A stretch of 64,000 nt of DNA, taken from the NCBI RefSeq assembly GCF_006345805.1, contig NC_043003.1:78492001-78556000 (forward strand), written 5' to 3'. Shown here in pieces: positions 1 through 13,310 of this stretch. Source of the stretch: Octopus sinensis (Eukaryota). Positions within the stretch are counted from its first letter, which is position 1, and each line of letters opens with the position of its first letter. Made by a program: the position numbers and the translations under genes. The notes beneath the pieces were generated by a model, which searched no databases, had not been told where the DNA came from, and saw nothing but the letters and a program-made list of their open reading frames with translations.

Positions 1-549
1 GTTTGTGTATGTGTGTGTGTGTGTGTGTTTATGTGTGTGTGTTTATGTGTGTGTGTGCGTCTGAGTATGTGTATATTGGTGTCCGTTGCTTATCGCACTG
101 AGTACGTATGAACGCAAATACGTAAACATACAACAACGCTGCCCACACACATACGAACACAGACACAAACACACAAACACACACACATTCAGACACATAA
201 ACACACACACACATTTAAACACATCTTTATAATACTTTATAATATACACTGACATTATTACTTTCCTTACAGATTAATGAGTAGCACGTGTGTCTGCTGC
301 AGAATGGTAAATATGTGTGGTCTCTTGAGCGGATGGCGGCATTCAAATGTGGTGGGGCTTTGTTATAGTAGCTATTTCTATATTTTGTTGGAATATTACA
401 TCGACAGACAAGCCACGTACACAAACAAGTCAGACACTTTACATATACACAGATAGGCAATTCAAAGATAAATATCAGAGACTTGTGTGTGTATATATAT
501 ATATATATATATCATCATATATATATATATACATATATTATATATATAC

Positions 550-588
<39 letters not shown>

Positions 589-951
589 TGTTATACAAAT
601 ACTCAATAAACACACAACACATACAACCGATATATATATATGTACATGTGTGTCTCTATGTGTGTACGTGTGTGGTACATATTTCTATATGTATGTATAC
701 AAGTTGTATTTATGCCTATATATATGTATACAACACACACACACACACAATATATATATATATTATATATATATATATATTATATATATTATATATCTAT
801 AATATATATATATATTATATTATATATACAGATATATATGTGTGAGTAGGTGCACGCACGCGAGTGTGTGGGTTGTGTACGTATGTCTATCTCTCGATAT
901 ATATATGTATATATTACATATATATGCATGTATGTATGAATATATAATATA
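1..951. repeat. Compound (TG)n/(CA)n/(TA)n microsatellite region
   Basis: Dinucleotide runs at 1-210 and 484-951; all ORFs here are CV/YI/TH repeat translations. Confidence 0.95.
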
Positions 952-1051
952 NNNNNNNNNNNNNNNNNNNNNNNNNNNNNNNNNNNNNNNNNNNNNNNNN
1001 NNNNNNNNNNNNNNNNNNNNNNNNNNNNNNNNNNNNNNNNNNNNNNNNNNN
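952..1051. other. Assembly gap (100 N)
   Basis: Run of exactly 100 N, a typical scaffold placeholder of unknown true size. Confidence 0.99.
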
Positions 1052-1253
1052 TCTTTACTACCCACAAGGAGCTAAACACAGAGGGGACAAATAAGAACAG
1101 ACAAACGGATTAAGTCGATTACATCGACCCCAGTGCGTAACTGGTACTTAATTTATCGACCTCGGCGGAATTTGAACCCAGAACGTAACGGCAGACGAAA
1201 TACGGCTACGCATTTCGCCCGGCGTGCTAACGTTTCTGCCAGCTCGCCGCCTT
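1052..1253 (-). mobile_element. tRNA-derived SINE-B, internally deleted, truncated by the gap
   Basis: Reverse complement begins AAGGCGGCGAGCTGGCAGAAACGTTAGCACGCC, has a B-box-like GGGTTCAAATTCC, and matches the copies at 16.4, 31.9, 34.6 and 45.9 kb. Confidence 0.85.
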
Positions 1254-1254
1254 A

Positions 1255-1276
1255 AGATAGATAGATAGATAGATAG

Positions 1277-1334
<58 letters not shown>
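1255..1334. repeat. (GATA)n microsatellite
   Basis: About 19 GATA units. Confidence 0.95.
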
Positions 1335-1403
1335 CGTTTTTTTTTTTTTTGGACATTTTGTATAATGGGGATAATATAACTAAACAGAATACTATTTTAT
1401 ATT

Positions 1404-1732
1404 ACGGAGATGTACTCGCATAGCAAGTGATTTGATCTGAGATCGTGTGCTGAAACGAAAACAATTGCAGCGTGGAAGGTGTTTGTAAGCCGTTTAAGAA
1501 ACACACAAAAGCCGTTCGATTCACTTTTGTCAAAATATTTTCGTCGCTAAAATCCGCGACCTGTTCACTGATAAAAATCCGTGCTGCATCCGTGCTACTC
1601 AGATGCAGCACGGATTTTTGTCAGTGAACAGGTCGCGGATTTTAGCGACGAAAATATTTTGACAAAAGTGAATCGAACGGCTTTTGTGTGTTTCTTAAAT
1701 GGCTTACAAACACCTTCCACGCTGCAATTGTT
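1404..1732. mobile_element. Foldback/MITE-like palindromic element
   Basis: Arms 1460-1590 and 1602-1732 (131 bp each) are reverse complements with 2 mismatches around an 11-nt loop. Confidence 0.75.
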
Positions 1733-1873
1733 ATTGTATATTATATATTTATATAAATATCTTAGTTGTTGTTGTCGTTGTTGTTCATAATGAGTTGTTA
1801 CTATGTCAGCTTTTGAGTCGTTGGATCGTTGTGTTTATACTTGCAGCAGCAGCATTATTATTATACTCCCTTA

Positions 1874-2468
<595 letters not shown>

Positions 2469-2900
2469 GTAATCCCTGGTCAGCTTTCGTCTAGCAGATC
2501 TATGATCAAAGGCATTCCAACTGTGACTCCCCTGTCTTTTCTCCAAGCATGGTGTGGGCAAAGAATCATGCTCCTTCATTCTAGAATGGTAGACTGTAAT
2601 TTGAGTGGGGGAGGGGTTAGCTGCTATTTCTTACAGGCACGGTGACCTGAGATTGTCGTGGTTACTTGCATTTATGCTGATATTTAGCTCTAAGTTCTGA
2701 TCGAGTAGAATCTATATCCAAAGACAGTCCAACCATGATCATCTCGTCTCTTATTGCCGATTGCATTACTCAAAATTTCTTTCTCTTTAAGATGGCCAGT
2801 GATTTGTGGAAGATCTTAGTTGATATATGCAGCAGAGTGGGCGATCTTGTTTAGACTTCTGTCTTGACTAGTGTGGTTAACAGTCAGACTGGGGAATCGG
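2469..2900. repeat. Unclassified interspersed repeat (related pieces near 14.6, 18.2, 18.6, 31.5 and 52.4 kb)
   Basis: Motifs such as ATGATCAAAGGCATTCCA and GCTGCTATTTC recur in both orientations elsewhere in the window; boundaries approximate. Confidence 0.45.
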
Positions 2901-3204
2901 ATAGGGGTAGTTAGGAATGTGTCTGATGGCAGAACAACCAGAAACCAGAACAGGTGCGACTGTACTGACACTTCCTTTTATCTATCTATTTATAATGTAC
3001 ATTTATCTCTGCCTCTACATCCCCCTCTCCCCTCTCTCTCCTTCTCACTCTTTTCTGTCTGTCTGTCTGTTTATCTATCTATCTATCTTTTTGTATACCA
3101 CACATGCACTTTATATGCATAAACACGTGTTTATGTATGTACACACACACACACACACACAAACATATGTATGTTTAAATGTATATATATATATATATAT
3201 ATGT

Positions 3205-3470
3205 ATATGTATTTTTGTTTCTTGTATTCGTGTGGCATCCTGTCTTTGTTTCGTATACATTCGATCCTCTTTCCAAGAAATCCAATGCCTGTGGCTTGGT
3301 TTTTCCTTTGGGATGGCCGGTTCGGGGTAATATTGAGATTAAACAGCCGAAATTACTAAGATGATCCGGTTCCCGACTGAAGATTAGAGGCTTCGAGTGA
3401 CCCGTCTGTTTTTTTGTGTCGTCTCTTGTCCCACTTTGTAATATTTATATTTTATATTTAATTTCTATAC
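3205..3470 (+). repeat. Unclassified interspersed repeat F, copy 1
   Basis: Core CAGCCGAAATT(A/G)CTAAGATGATCCGGTTC..GACTGAAGATT shared with the copies at 5740-6055 and 12497-12650. Confidence 0.75.
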
Positions 3471-3500
3471 ATATATATATATATGTGTAGTAGGTATGTA

Positions 3501-3552
<52 letters not shown>

Positions 3553-3838
3553 GTTTGTATGTATATATATATGTGTGTATGTATATGAATATATATGTAT
3601 GATGTATAAATACAGACATATGCATATGAAATTATAACGTATATCCTGTACAATATATATATATATATATATATACATATAATATATATATATATACATA
3701 CCACAAAAACATATCACGCCATACATATGCAAATATATTTAATGCATAATGTGTTTGATGTGGTGTGTGTGTTGTGTGTGCGTGTGCGTGCGCAATCGTG
3801 CATGTATGTATTTGTACTTGTGCATACTTATTAAATGT

Positions 3839-3913
3839 GGAGCCACATAGCCTAGTGCGTAGAGCAGCGGACTCGCGGTCGAGGGATCGCGGGTTCGAAT
3901 CTCAGACCGGGCG
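3839..3913 (+). mobile_element. SINE-C tRNA-like head only
   Basis: TAGCCTAGTGCGTAGAGCAGCGGACTCGCGGTCGAGGGATCGCGGGTTCGAATC: A box and B box, homologous to the heads at 6065, 27889 and 51685. Confidence 0.75.
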
Positions 3914-4069
3914 GTTCTGATTTTCGAAGGATTAATTTTTTTGAAGCTCGTCAATAGATACACAATAACGATTTGTGAATTTTTTCCGCTTAAAGCGATC
4001 ACATCACTCTTCTCACATTATTGAGTTCCTTTTTATTTCCTAAATTAATGAATATACATCTGTCTATGT

Positions 4070-4440
4070 GCTTGTGTGAATCATGTTAAAGACAAGCTTC
4101 CTGTTGCATTTATTCATCAAGCCAACAAAACGCACTATTCTTTCCTTAAACTAGCCACTCTTTAACGTTTTAGTTCTCTACCTGCACCATTGCCAATATT
4201 TACTTTGCAACTTAATCTCCGCCACATTTTCTTCCTTTCTTTCGTCATTACTTTTATATACACTTCTCGCCCACGCATGCGTAACAACTAAACTCTTTCC
4301 CATTATCTTTCATTCTTCAGTGTGTCAAAGCTCTCATAGAGTGATGATGAAGAATGAGCCTATCAGAAACGTCGCAAACACTTCCTCCTGCAGCATACAC
4401 TCAAATAGAGTCTTTACCAATGCAGCACACCACTGCTCTT
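4070..4440 (+). mobile_element. Probable Penelope-like element remnant with a decayed hammerhead motif
   Basis: GTGATGATGAAG...CTATCAGAAACGTCGCA (about 4340-4377) resembles CTGATGA-stem-GAAAC-loop-GTA with core substitutions. Confidence 0.35.
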
Positions 4441-4600
4441 CCTGCGGAACGTTTTTCTTAACAGCCTATGTATGTGTATTTGTGTGTGTTTGTATGTATG
4501 TATGTGTGTGCGCGTGTATAAACACACACACATACATACATATATATATATGGTGGTGCTCCAGCATGACTGCACCCGTATGGCTGAAACTTGTAAAAGA

Positions 4601-4638
<38 letters not shown>

Positions 4639-5739
4639 TATATATATATTATATATATAGCAAATAATTAACAAGGATGTGAAGCTATGTGAGCATTTCA
4701 GGCGGCTCCAGTTAATCGAACAATGCAAGCATTAGATCAATTTAAACTACACCACCATCTTCGGATGCAAAATATAGGTTTTCAACATACAAGATATTCC
4801 ATTATAATTTTTAGCAAGTATTTCATCAGAACTAGATAATGAAAGAATTACACGCTGCTACTATTGTAGCAGAAAGAAAAAATACTTAGGATAACAGTGA
4901 GGGTCGTGAGATGGTAATTTAGCTACAATTTTTATCTATCTCCTTATCATCATCAAAAGATCTAATGCAGCAAGTACACTGCGTCCACTAAAAATTAAGA
5001 TCACTTGGAGTTGACAGTTAAGTTCTTGCTGCTGATAATAAATTAAATATTGTCAGATATTCACCCAAACCTTAGTTCACTATGGCTATAAATTCCCTTG
5101 ATCACATAAAGAAACAAATCTCAGAAGTCAGTAAGATAATGGTAAATACCCAGAAAGTGGGAGGGTAGGGGTGACATAAACTCGTTTTTTATTATTATCA
5201 GTTAAAGGGGCCTACAATAGAAAGCAAAAGACGTTACAATGAGACCTAAAGGGCATTAAGGGTACAAGGGGAAAAATATAACCAAAGTATAGCAAAATCT
5301 ATATATCATTATATTTTGTATAATAAAAGTAAATTTTTAATTTTTAAAAGGGATATTAGGGCCAGGTTGATAAGAAGGATATATAGATCAACTGAAGCAC
5401 TAAAAAAGTAGATTACTTTTATATAAAGCACAAGCTTCATAATACTTCATCCTAACAAACTTTAAGGTGGTCAGAATAAAATCATTCAAGCAATGAATCC
5501 AAATTGCATTCAGAATTCATCCGAGAAAGAGGTACACATTTTCTATTTATTGAAAACCAGGGATCAAAGGCAAAAAGAAAAAATGCCATAATTGGTTCTA
5601 TAACAGATAAGCTTATTTAAAGCTTAAAATTATATTTAAAAATTTCAACATTTATGAAATTTTTAAAGGATGTAAGGCTATAAGAAGATATAAAAATATA
5701 AACACCACACACAACATATATATATACATATATGTGACG

Positions 5740-6055
5740 TCCTGTTTTTGTTGTTATTATTATTATCATTATTGTTTTTACGTATTTTTGTATTTTTATT
5801 CGTGTAACATCGTCCGTTTTTCCGTCCTTGTTTTGTATACATTCGAGGCTTTCTTCCAAGGAATCTAATGCGCTTGGCTTAGATGTTCCTTTGGGGCTGG
5901 CCAGATCGGAGCAATCTCAATTGAATCAGCCGAAATTGCGAAGATGATCCGGTTCTTGACTGAAGATTGAAGGCTTCGAATGTCCCGTCCGTGTTTTTGT
6001 ATCGTCTTCTAAATGTTTCACGTTCTTGTCCCAGTTTGTATTTTTTTATTTACAT
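5740..6055 (+). repeat. Unclassified interspersed repeat F, copy 2
   Basis: Homologous to 3205-3470 over about 250 bp. Confidence 0.75.
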
Positions 6056-6064
6056 ATATATATG

Positions 6065-6275
6065 GGGCGCAATGGCCTAGTGGTTAGGGCAGCGGACTTG
6101 CGGTCGGAGGATCGCGGTTTCGATTCCCAGACGGGCGTTTTGTGTGTTTATTGAGCGAAAAAACACCTAAACGCTCCACGAGGCTCCGGCAGGAGGTGGT
6201 GATCCCTGCTGTACTCTTTCACCACTCTAAAGGCGGTGCTCCGCATGGCCACAGTCAAATGCCTGAAACAAGTAC

Positions 6276-6303
<28 letters not shown>
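6065..6303 (+). mobile_element. Chimeric SINE: SINE-C head joined to a SINE-A tail and poly(A)
   Basis: GGCGCAATGGCCTAGTGGTTAGGGCAGCGG head, switch after CTCTTTCACCACTCT to AAAGGCGGTGCTCCGCATGGCCACAGTCAAATG, then a run of about 27 A. Confidence 0.75.
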
Positions 6304-6368
<65 letters not shown>

Positions 6369-7031
6369 TACTATATATATATATACGTATATATATATAT
6401 ATGCATATATGTATACGTGCGCGTGTGTGTATCTATATATTTATATATAATAGTGTATAAACAGTTTACATATTTATACACGAAGGAGGTGACCTTTGAC
6501 AGGACCCTTACATGCTAGAAAGGCCAGTTAAAGCCCAAACCACGAAGAAGAGCAATTGTAAAGGGAATGAAATTAAAGAGTACTTTTGCAGTTACCTTCA
6601 GACTCGAATTTCTGTATCAATGTGCAAAATAAATTAATTTGCCATTCGTACTTCTTCAGCGAGGGCGCTAAAAGTAATGCCTCTTTATGCAGCAAATAGC
6701 ACCGAAAATACACGTGGTTTATACTTATACATTATAATTTTCAAATCCACCGCGCAGACGCAGTTACATTCGGCAGCAAATAATAATAAAACAATTAAAA
6801 CTGCGTACAAGAAAGGCTTTGAAACCACAAAAATTTAACAGTGAAAATAAGAAGGGTAGAAAATTTAGAAAAAATTTCATACCAGTGGCTATCATGCTTA
6901 ATAAAGGTCACCTCTTTCGTATATAAATACGTAAATTGTTTATACATTATTATATATGAAAATATGTCTATTGGCTTTATTACGCATGAAAAGTTATCAA
7001 AATTTTCTACCCTTATTATTTTCACAGTGTG

Positions 7032-7088
<57 letters not shown>

Positions 7089-7149
7089 GTATTTATATAT
7101 ATATGTGTATATATGAGTATGTATATATATATATATATATGATTTCTCT

Positions 7150-7766
7150 TAACAACCAGCGCTGCTCTTTGCATCCATAAAAACCCAGCCTTTTCTAGTG
7201 CCTTGTCAGAATTTGGAAGATCGGTTAAAATCGAATATGTTGGCTTTTAAAGTCTAGATCCATTTCCATATACATCACGTGTGTCAAAGTGCGGTATTGA
7301 GGTGAGACAGTCGAAGCCATTACCATGATGTATGAAAACTCGCGGAGGTATATGCAAAGCACAGGCTATTGGCAAAGTATTTCCAGCAAGAACCCTTTAG
7401 AGAAACACCCTAGATTCTTTTCACTTTGTAATTGTGGAAGGCTACATTCTTAAGCAAGGTCTTGACTCAATCCAAAACGAATACTTCACTGTCACGTAGT
7501 AGCGATGAAGACGTCAACAGATCCTGCATCTCTCTGACTTTGGCTGATGATTTTACCAGCGTTAACGCTATGGTGTGCAAGACTTGTTAACATTCATTGA
7601 GAAAACTGCAGCTAATGTCAGTCTGTTATTCAATGGAAATAAATTACTGAAATTCATGACCATTAATGAAGACGAAAGCCACTGTCAATTTGTTTCAACG
7701 ATGTCACATAAATCAAGACCAGTTATCTCAAGTAACTTAGGTCCAATGTAGTAGTAGCAGTAGTGA

Positions 7767-7847
<81 letters not shown>

Positions 7848-8183
7848 CATCGATAAGGTATAGGGGATCTATAGACCATCTTGATCCTCACCAGAGGCTT
7901 TTAACGCTTAGAGGTACACTCAACTACTTCTGTCAGTCTTATAAAGCCTTGAAAACGTGTGCTGATTTCCAAAACGGTGAAAGTGTAAACAACCAATTAA
8001 AAAGGGTGGCTTATTAGCAATTAGAGCTTAAAGGCAAAATTAATAGAGGTCACAAAAGTGACAGAGGGTACTGACTAGCACCGCTTTTGCTAAAGATAAG
8101 AGTTAAACTAAGTCAAATATATATATATATCCTGTTGCTTATTTGATGATATATATATATATATATATATATGTGTATGTGTG

Positions 8184-8217
<34 letters not shown>

Positions 8218-8520
8218 GTAACGAAAGTTTTATCACACAAAAGTCCAAACTGCGAGCCGAAACAGATCCACAGCTTATTGTAAAACAAAATATTTGATGC
8301 ATAGTTGGTGCACTGCTGGAGTGGTCATAGCTGCATCGAGCTTTTGGTAAGTGCATAGATGATGCCAGAAAAATATCGTGCTACAGAGAGGGCCAAAAGA
8401 ACCCGGATATCTTCGTTTAGTATCAGTACTGTTCGAGGCCTCTGATGAAAGCAGCTGTGCTGGAAGGTAGCGAAATTGTTTGACAAACGATGAAGGCAGT
8501 GTCCTGCGGCGCCAGCTGTA
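7150..8520 (+). mobile_element. Very decayed RTE-like LINE remnant, interrupted by microsatellites
   Basis: Short translated motifs VEAITMMYENSR, LTLADDF and IEKTAANVSLLFNGNK resemble RTE RT segments; many stops and frameshifts. Confidence 0.4.
7748..7847. repeat. (TAG)n microsatellite
   Basis: About 30 TAG units. Confidence 0.95.
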
Positions 8521-8873
8521 TGCAATCTACATAATATCGAAGGTGTATTTTGCGGGGAAATTACTTGAGTTGCTAATTTGTAAAAGTACTGAGATAATTA
8601 CGCCATGGTCGGGTCATTTTGGCTAATTAAGAACATCTAAAAAATGTGATATTTGTTTTCGTTTGTGTCTTCATAGACTATCTAGCATCAAATGTCAAAA
8701 AGCTTTTGTCGCAAATAACAATGTAACATAATACAATGATATAATGATATACATGTTTATACATACATACATACATACGTACATACATACATACATACAT
8801 ACATACATACATACATACGTACGTCCGTACAAACGTACTTACGTATATATGCGTGTGTATGTGTGTGCGCGTT

Positions 8874-8902
<29 letters not shown>

Positions 8903-8904
<2 letters not shown>

Positions 8905-9670
8905 ATCTTGGTAGTAATGTGAAGTTGTGCGGTTCCCTTGATGATGAAATCGTCAACCGTCTTACGAAAGCAACTAAAGCATTCGGCAAACTCCGTCATG
9001 GCCTATGGAATAAAAGGAACATTCAACTTCAAACCAAAGTACAGGTCTATAAGGTTGCCATTCTTACTACTCTCTTGTATGGCTCAGAATCATGAACACT
9101 CAATAGACGGCACATTAACCAACTAGACATGTTCGACAAAGTCTGTCTCAAGACAATCTGCAGTTATTCACTAAAAGACAGAGTTTCCAATGTACGGTTA
9201 GTGAAATCGGGAGCTTCCCTATGCAATCACAATTGCACTGGGCTGGCCATGCCATCAGAATGGGTAACGAAAAAATACCCAAAGCTTTCATGCACAGCCA
9301 GCTCGACAGTAGGCACAATACTATTAATCGACCATATCTCAAATATAAGGACAAGCTGAAGAGTAACCTCTCAGCAGTCACGACCCCTTTGAGTAAACAG
9401 CCTTGGAGCGAACAAAATGGAGATCATCGTGTCAAAATGGTATAAGAAACTTTATTGCAACCAGCATTAACATGCTTAGGGGAGCAAAGCAGAGGAGAAA
9501 AGCGGCTGCAAATATATCGCCTGCACTGACCCGTGATCCTCATACTTGCAACATCTGTGGGCTTCTTTGCAAATCGTTGTCGAGACTCAAATATCACATT
9601 TGGCATAAGCCTTATAACTGACAAAGAAAGAGTAGGTTGTTAAATCCTCATACGTCGAAACTGTTGGAAC
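8903..9670 (+). mobile_element. RTE (BovB-like) LINE 3' fragment, pseudogenised
   Basis: YLGS...DDEIVNRLTKATKAFGKLRHGLW...YKVAILTTLLYGSES; QLHWAGHAIRM; terminal CxxC...H zinc motif CNICGLLCKSLSRLKYH. Confidence 0.9.
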
Positions 9671-10571
9671 GTATACATTATAATAAATGAAAAATGTATG
9701 GTAAATAAACAAACGACACAACGTATACTGAGTGTACAACCGGACGGGTGACAGACACAGAAGGTGCTTAATTCTTCATCAGTTATCAACCAGTTGGTAA
9801 TACTCAGTTTTGCACCATTAATGATAAGACTGAGAACGCCCTATACTGGCCGTGCCCACAAAAATTTGCGGAGAATATAGGGCTGAGAGGAAAACAGAAC
9901 AATACCGAATGGACACACGAAAGTCGAAAGTGGATAAATATGATTTAGGACGATGGACAAAGAAACAAGCAAATAATGGATAATAGCAAAATACCTCCTT
10001 AGGGCTAAAAAGTCAAGAACAGTAGGTAAGGTTTAGGAGACATCCTAAAGGGTAGAGAGAAGTGAGACAGAGAATTTGTGACTGGTCAGCTACGGGACCT
10101 GTGTGAGAAAGGGAGAGAAAGTAAAGAAAGTTGGCCACGGATCACATGATAGTTGCAGGCAGAGAAGAAAGAGGGCAAGAGAGAGGGAGAGAGAGCGACA
10201 GAGTGAAAACAGGGGAAGAAAGTAGGAAGGCTAAAAATACAAGAGGATGAGAAGGAGAAAAAGAAGAAAATGGAAAGGCTAGAATAGAAGTGAGAGGGTG
10301 AAAGAAAGCAAGGGAGAAAGAGTGAAGGCAAGAGAGAGCCACACAGATATATGTATGTATTTATGTATGCATGTATGCATGTATGCATGTATGTATGTAT
10401 GCATGTATGCATGTATGCATGCATGCATGTATGTATGTATGTATGTACGTATGTATGTATGCGTCTTAATATTTTGCTTAGGTATTGCAAGACTAATAAC
10501 TTGGTGTAGAACTCACTATACGTATGTTTCAGAACGTAATGTAATGCTTTTCCAAATCAATTGCACTTCAT

Positions 10572-10645
10572 ACACGATGCTCTGATGAAGCTATGAGTCC
10601 ACTGCATCTTATAGCAGAAACAGCTGTATGCTAATGAAGTTCATA
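10572..10645 (+). ncRNA. Hammerhead ribozyme-like motif (type I, Penelope-type), two substitutions from a canonical fold
   Basis: CTGATGA 10582-10588; 8-bp stem GCTATGAG/CTTATAGC; GAAAC-AGCT-GTA 10617-10628; mismatches at the base of stem II (A-A) and stem I (U-U). Confidence 0.55.
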
Positions 10646-10885
10646 AGATAAGCATTTATTCCTTTGTCATCTCTGTATCTTATATATATGTTATGGGTAT
10701 GCGATATCAAATAACAAGACGATAGGTACATGCAATTAGTGATCAGGTCGACTTTCAGCCTAAACTCGAGCCCTAGGTCCAGATACCGGGTGATAACCTG
10801 TTTATGTTGTTTTTTCTTTTCTTTTTTGATCCGTATTACCTATACATATAAGTGTGTGTATATTTATGTGTGCGTTTTGTGCGTG

Positions 10886-10915
<30 letters not shown>

Positions 10916-10920
<5 letters not shown>

Positions 10921-11837
10921 GTTATCCCGTAAATAATGCAGCTTTTTCAATTGCATGAACTAAAAGTCAGTGGGAGAAGACGGGTTAAACTTCCTGCATC
11001 AACTTGCTATAAAAGCAGGTTATAGTTTTATCGTGTACTTATTCTTATTGAAAGTTTTGAAGAGTGAAGTTTGATTTTAACAGTTATTTTTTATTCAAAG
11101 CTATAATGGAAGTGACAAAGGAGCATATTCGGTATATTTAGCTTTATGAGTTCAATAAAGTCAACAATACAATGGAAAGTGCGAGAAATATTAATGCAGT
11201 GTATGCGGATCAGACAATAAATGTAAGTCAGTGTCAACAATAGTTCTAGAAATTCCAAGCTGGAAGCCAAAAGCCTAGAAGACAGACTTCGTACTGCAAG
11301 ATTTACAGAGCTCGACGAGGACGTCCTGCAAACCCTGGTGGAACAAAATTCCATTTTAACTGTTGGGGAACTTGCAGAGAAGCTTGAATTTGGTCATTCA
11401 AATAGTCATTCAAGTCAGTGCTAGAAGAAAAACGACCATCTTTGGTTTCAAGACGAAAGGTGTTCTTCCATACTCAACCATATACAACAAAGATGACATT
11501 CCAAAGGCTGGGGCAGTTTGAATGGGAAATGATACCCCACCCACTATATTCGTCGGGCATTGCCCCATCTGATTACCATTTATTCTGCAGTCTTCAAAAT
11601 CATTTGGACGCAGAAAATATGAATTCTGTAGATGAGGACAGAACAGTACTAGAGGAGTATTCTTCGCCATGGATAAGTGAATCTTGGAAGAGGGGTTTTT
11701 GCAGGTCTACCAGACAGATGGAAGAGCATTGTAGAAAATGAAGGAGAGTGTATTTTAGATTAAAAAAGAACTTTATCTTAATTTTGAAAAATGAAAGAAG
11801 TATAAAAGAAACACACTTTTTATGGAATGACCCAATA
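10916..11837 (+). mobile_element. Mariner (DD34D) transposon, internally deleted, both ends present
   Basis: TA-flanked imperfect TIRs (GGGGTTATCCCGTAAA / TTTATGGAATGACCCAA); HTH region MEVTKEHIR...; C-terminal PHPLYSSGIAPSDYHLF motif. Confidence 0.9.
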
Positions 11838-11964
11838 TATACATATATGTTTCAAGACCCGATTTCACATCAGGAATCTTGCAACATAACTATATATATA
11901 TATGTATATATACACACGCACACACACGCACACGCACACACATACACACATACATACACACACT

Positions 11965-12146
11965 GGCTCGAAAGGTCTGGCTGGAGGCCCAACCTTCGGA
12001 GTTCTTTTACATGGCTGAGGAAAACTGGTGGACGGCTGCAATAAGTGCGTGAGTCTGAGAAGGGGACATGTTGAATACAATAATTAACTGGTCCTCCTAT
12101 ATTTTCTTTTACTCAAGGCCAAGTACTTTTCAGCGCACCCCCTTGA
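11965..12146 (+). mobile_element. Mariner 3' end fragment (different family)
   Basis: Translated ...[18 protein letters not shown] resembles a mariner C-terminus; terminal CTTTTCAGCGCACCCC TIR-like end. Confidence 0.6.
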
Positions 12147-12155
12147 GAGTGTTTA

Positions 12156-12495
<340 letters not shown>

Positions 12496-12496
12496 C

Positions 12497-12650
12497 AACA
12501 GCCGAAATTGCTAAGATGACCCGGTTCCGACTGAAGATTAGAGGCTTCGAGTGACCGTCTGTTTTTTTTTTTTGTGTCGTCTCTTTGTGTGTTTTTGCGT
12601 TTTTGTCCCACTTTGTAATTTATATTTTATATTTAATTTCTATACATATA
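12497..12650 (+). repeat. Unclassified interspersed repeat F, copy 3 (3' half)
   Basis: Near-identical to 3340-3470. Confidence 0.75.
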
Positions 12651-12715
12651 TATGTATATATATATATATATGTATGTATGTATATATATATGTATATATA
12701 ATATATATATATAAT

Positions 12716-12757
<42 letters not shown>

Positions 12758-12823
12758 ATATATAATATATATATATATATATGTATGTATGTATGTCTGA
12801 ATGTATGTATGTATGTATGTATG

Positions 12824-12858
<35 letters not shown>

Positions 12859-13070
12859 TGTATGTATGTATATATATATTTAACAAAACGGGAGAGTTTG
12901 TTTTGCTTTTCTATACGTACTCTGTGACCTGCAATCTAAATTCCAGCCAAATGAAATATAGACAATAATACGAGCCCTCTTCACAGATTCCCTTTGGGTA
13001 TACAGGAATACACATTGAGTTCTGTCCGATTTCGATGCACATAGACGCACACACACACACACACACACAC

Positions 13071-13106
<36 letters not shown>

Positions 13107-13260
13107 TGTACATACGTATACGTACCAGTGGTAACATGCTGTCTTGAAGATAGATCTTTGGCAGTGACATCCCTTTCATATAAATGAATGTGTGTGAATG
13201 TGTGCGTGTGCGTGCGTGTGTGTATGCGTGCGTGTGTGCGTACATTTATATAGCGATATG

Positions 13261-13310
<50 letters not shown>

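Noticed and set aside
273-306. Plus-strand AG...GT pair (34 nt, LMSSTCVCCRM)
   Set aside because: Weak GTAAAT donor; such pairs are expected by chance in AT-rich DNA.
3345-3410. CTGAAGA and CGAAA motifs in repeat F as a hammerhead
   Set aside because: Stems I and III cannot be formed consistently across the three copies, and GAAA is not placed correctly.
3839-3913. Possible tRNA gene (also other SINE heads)
   Set aside because: No complete cloverleaf or acceptor stem; the sequence is shared with SINE-C heads.
8270-8530. About 80-codon minus-strand frame (...YPGSFGPLCSTIFFWHHL...)
   Set aside because: No recognisable homology or start; more simply the antisense of a decayed RTE C-terminus.
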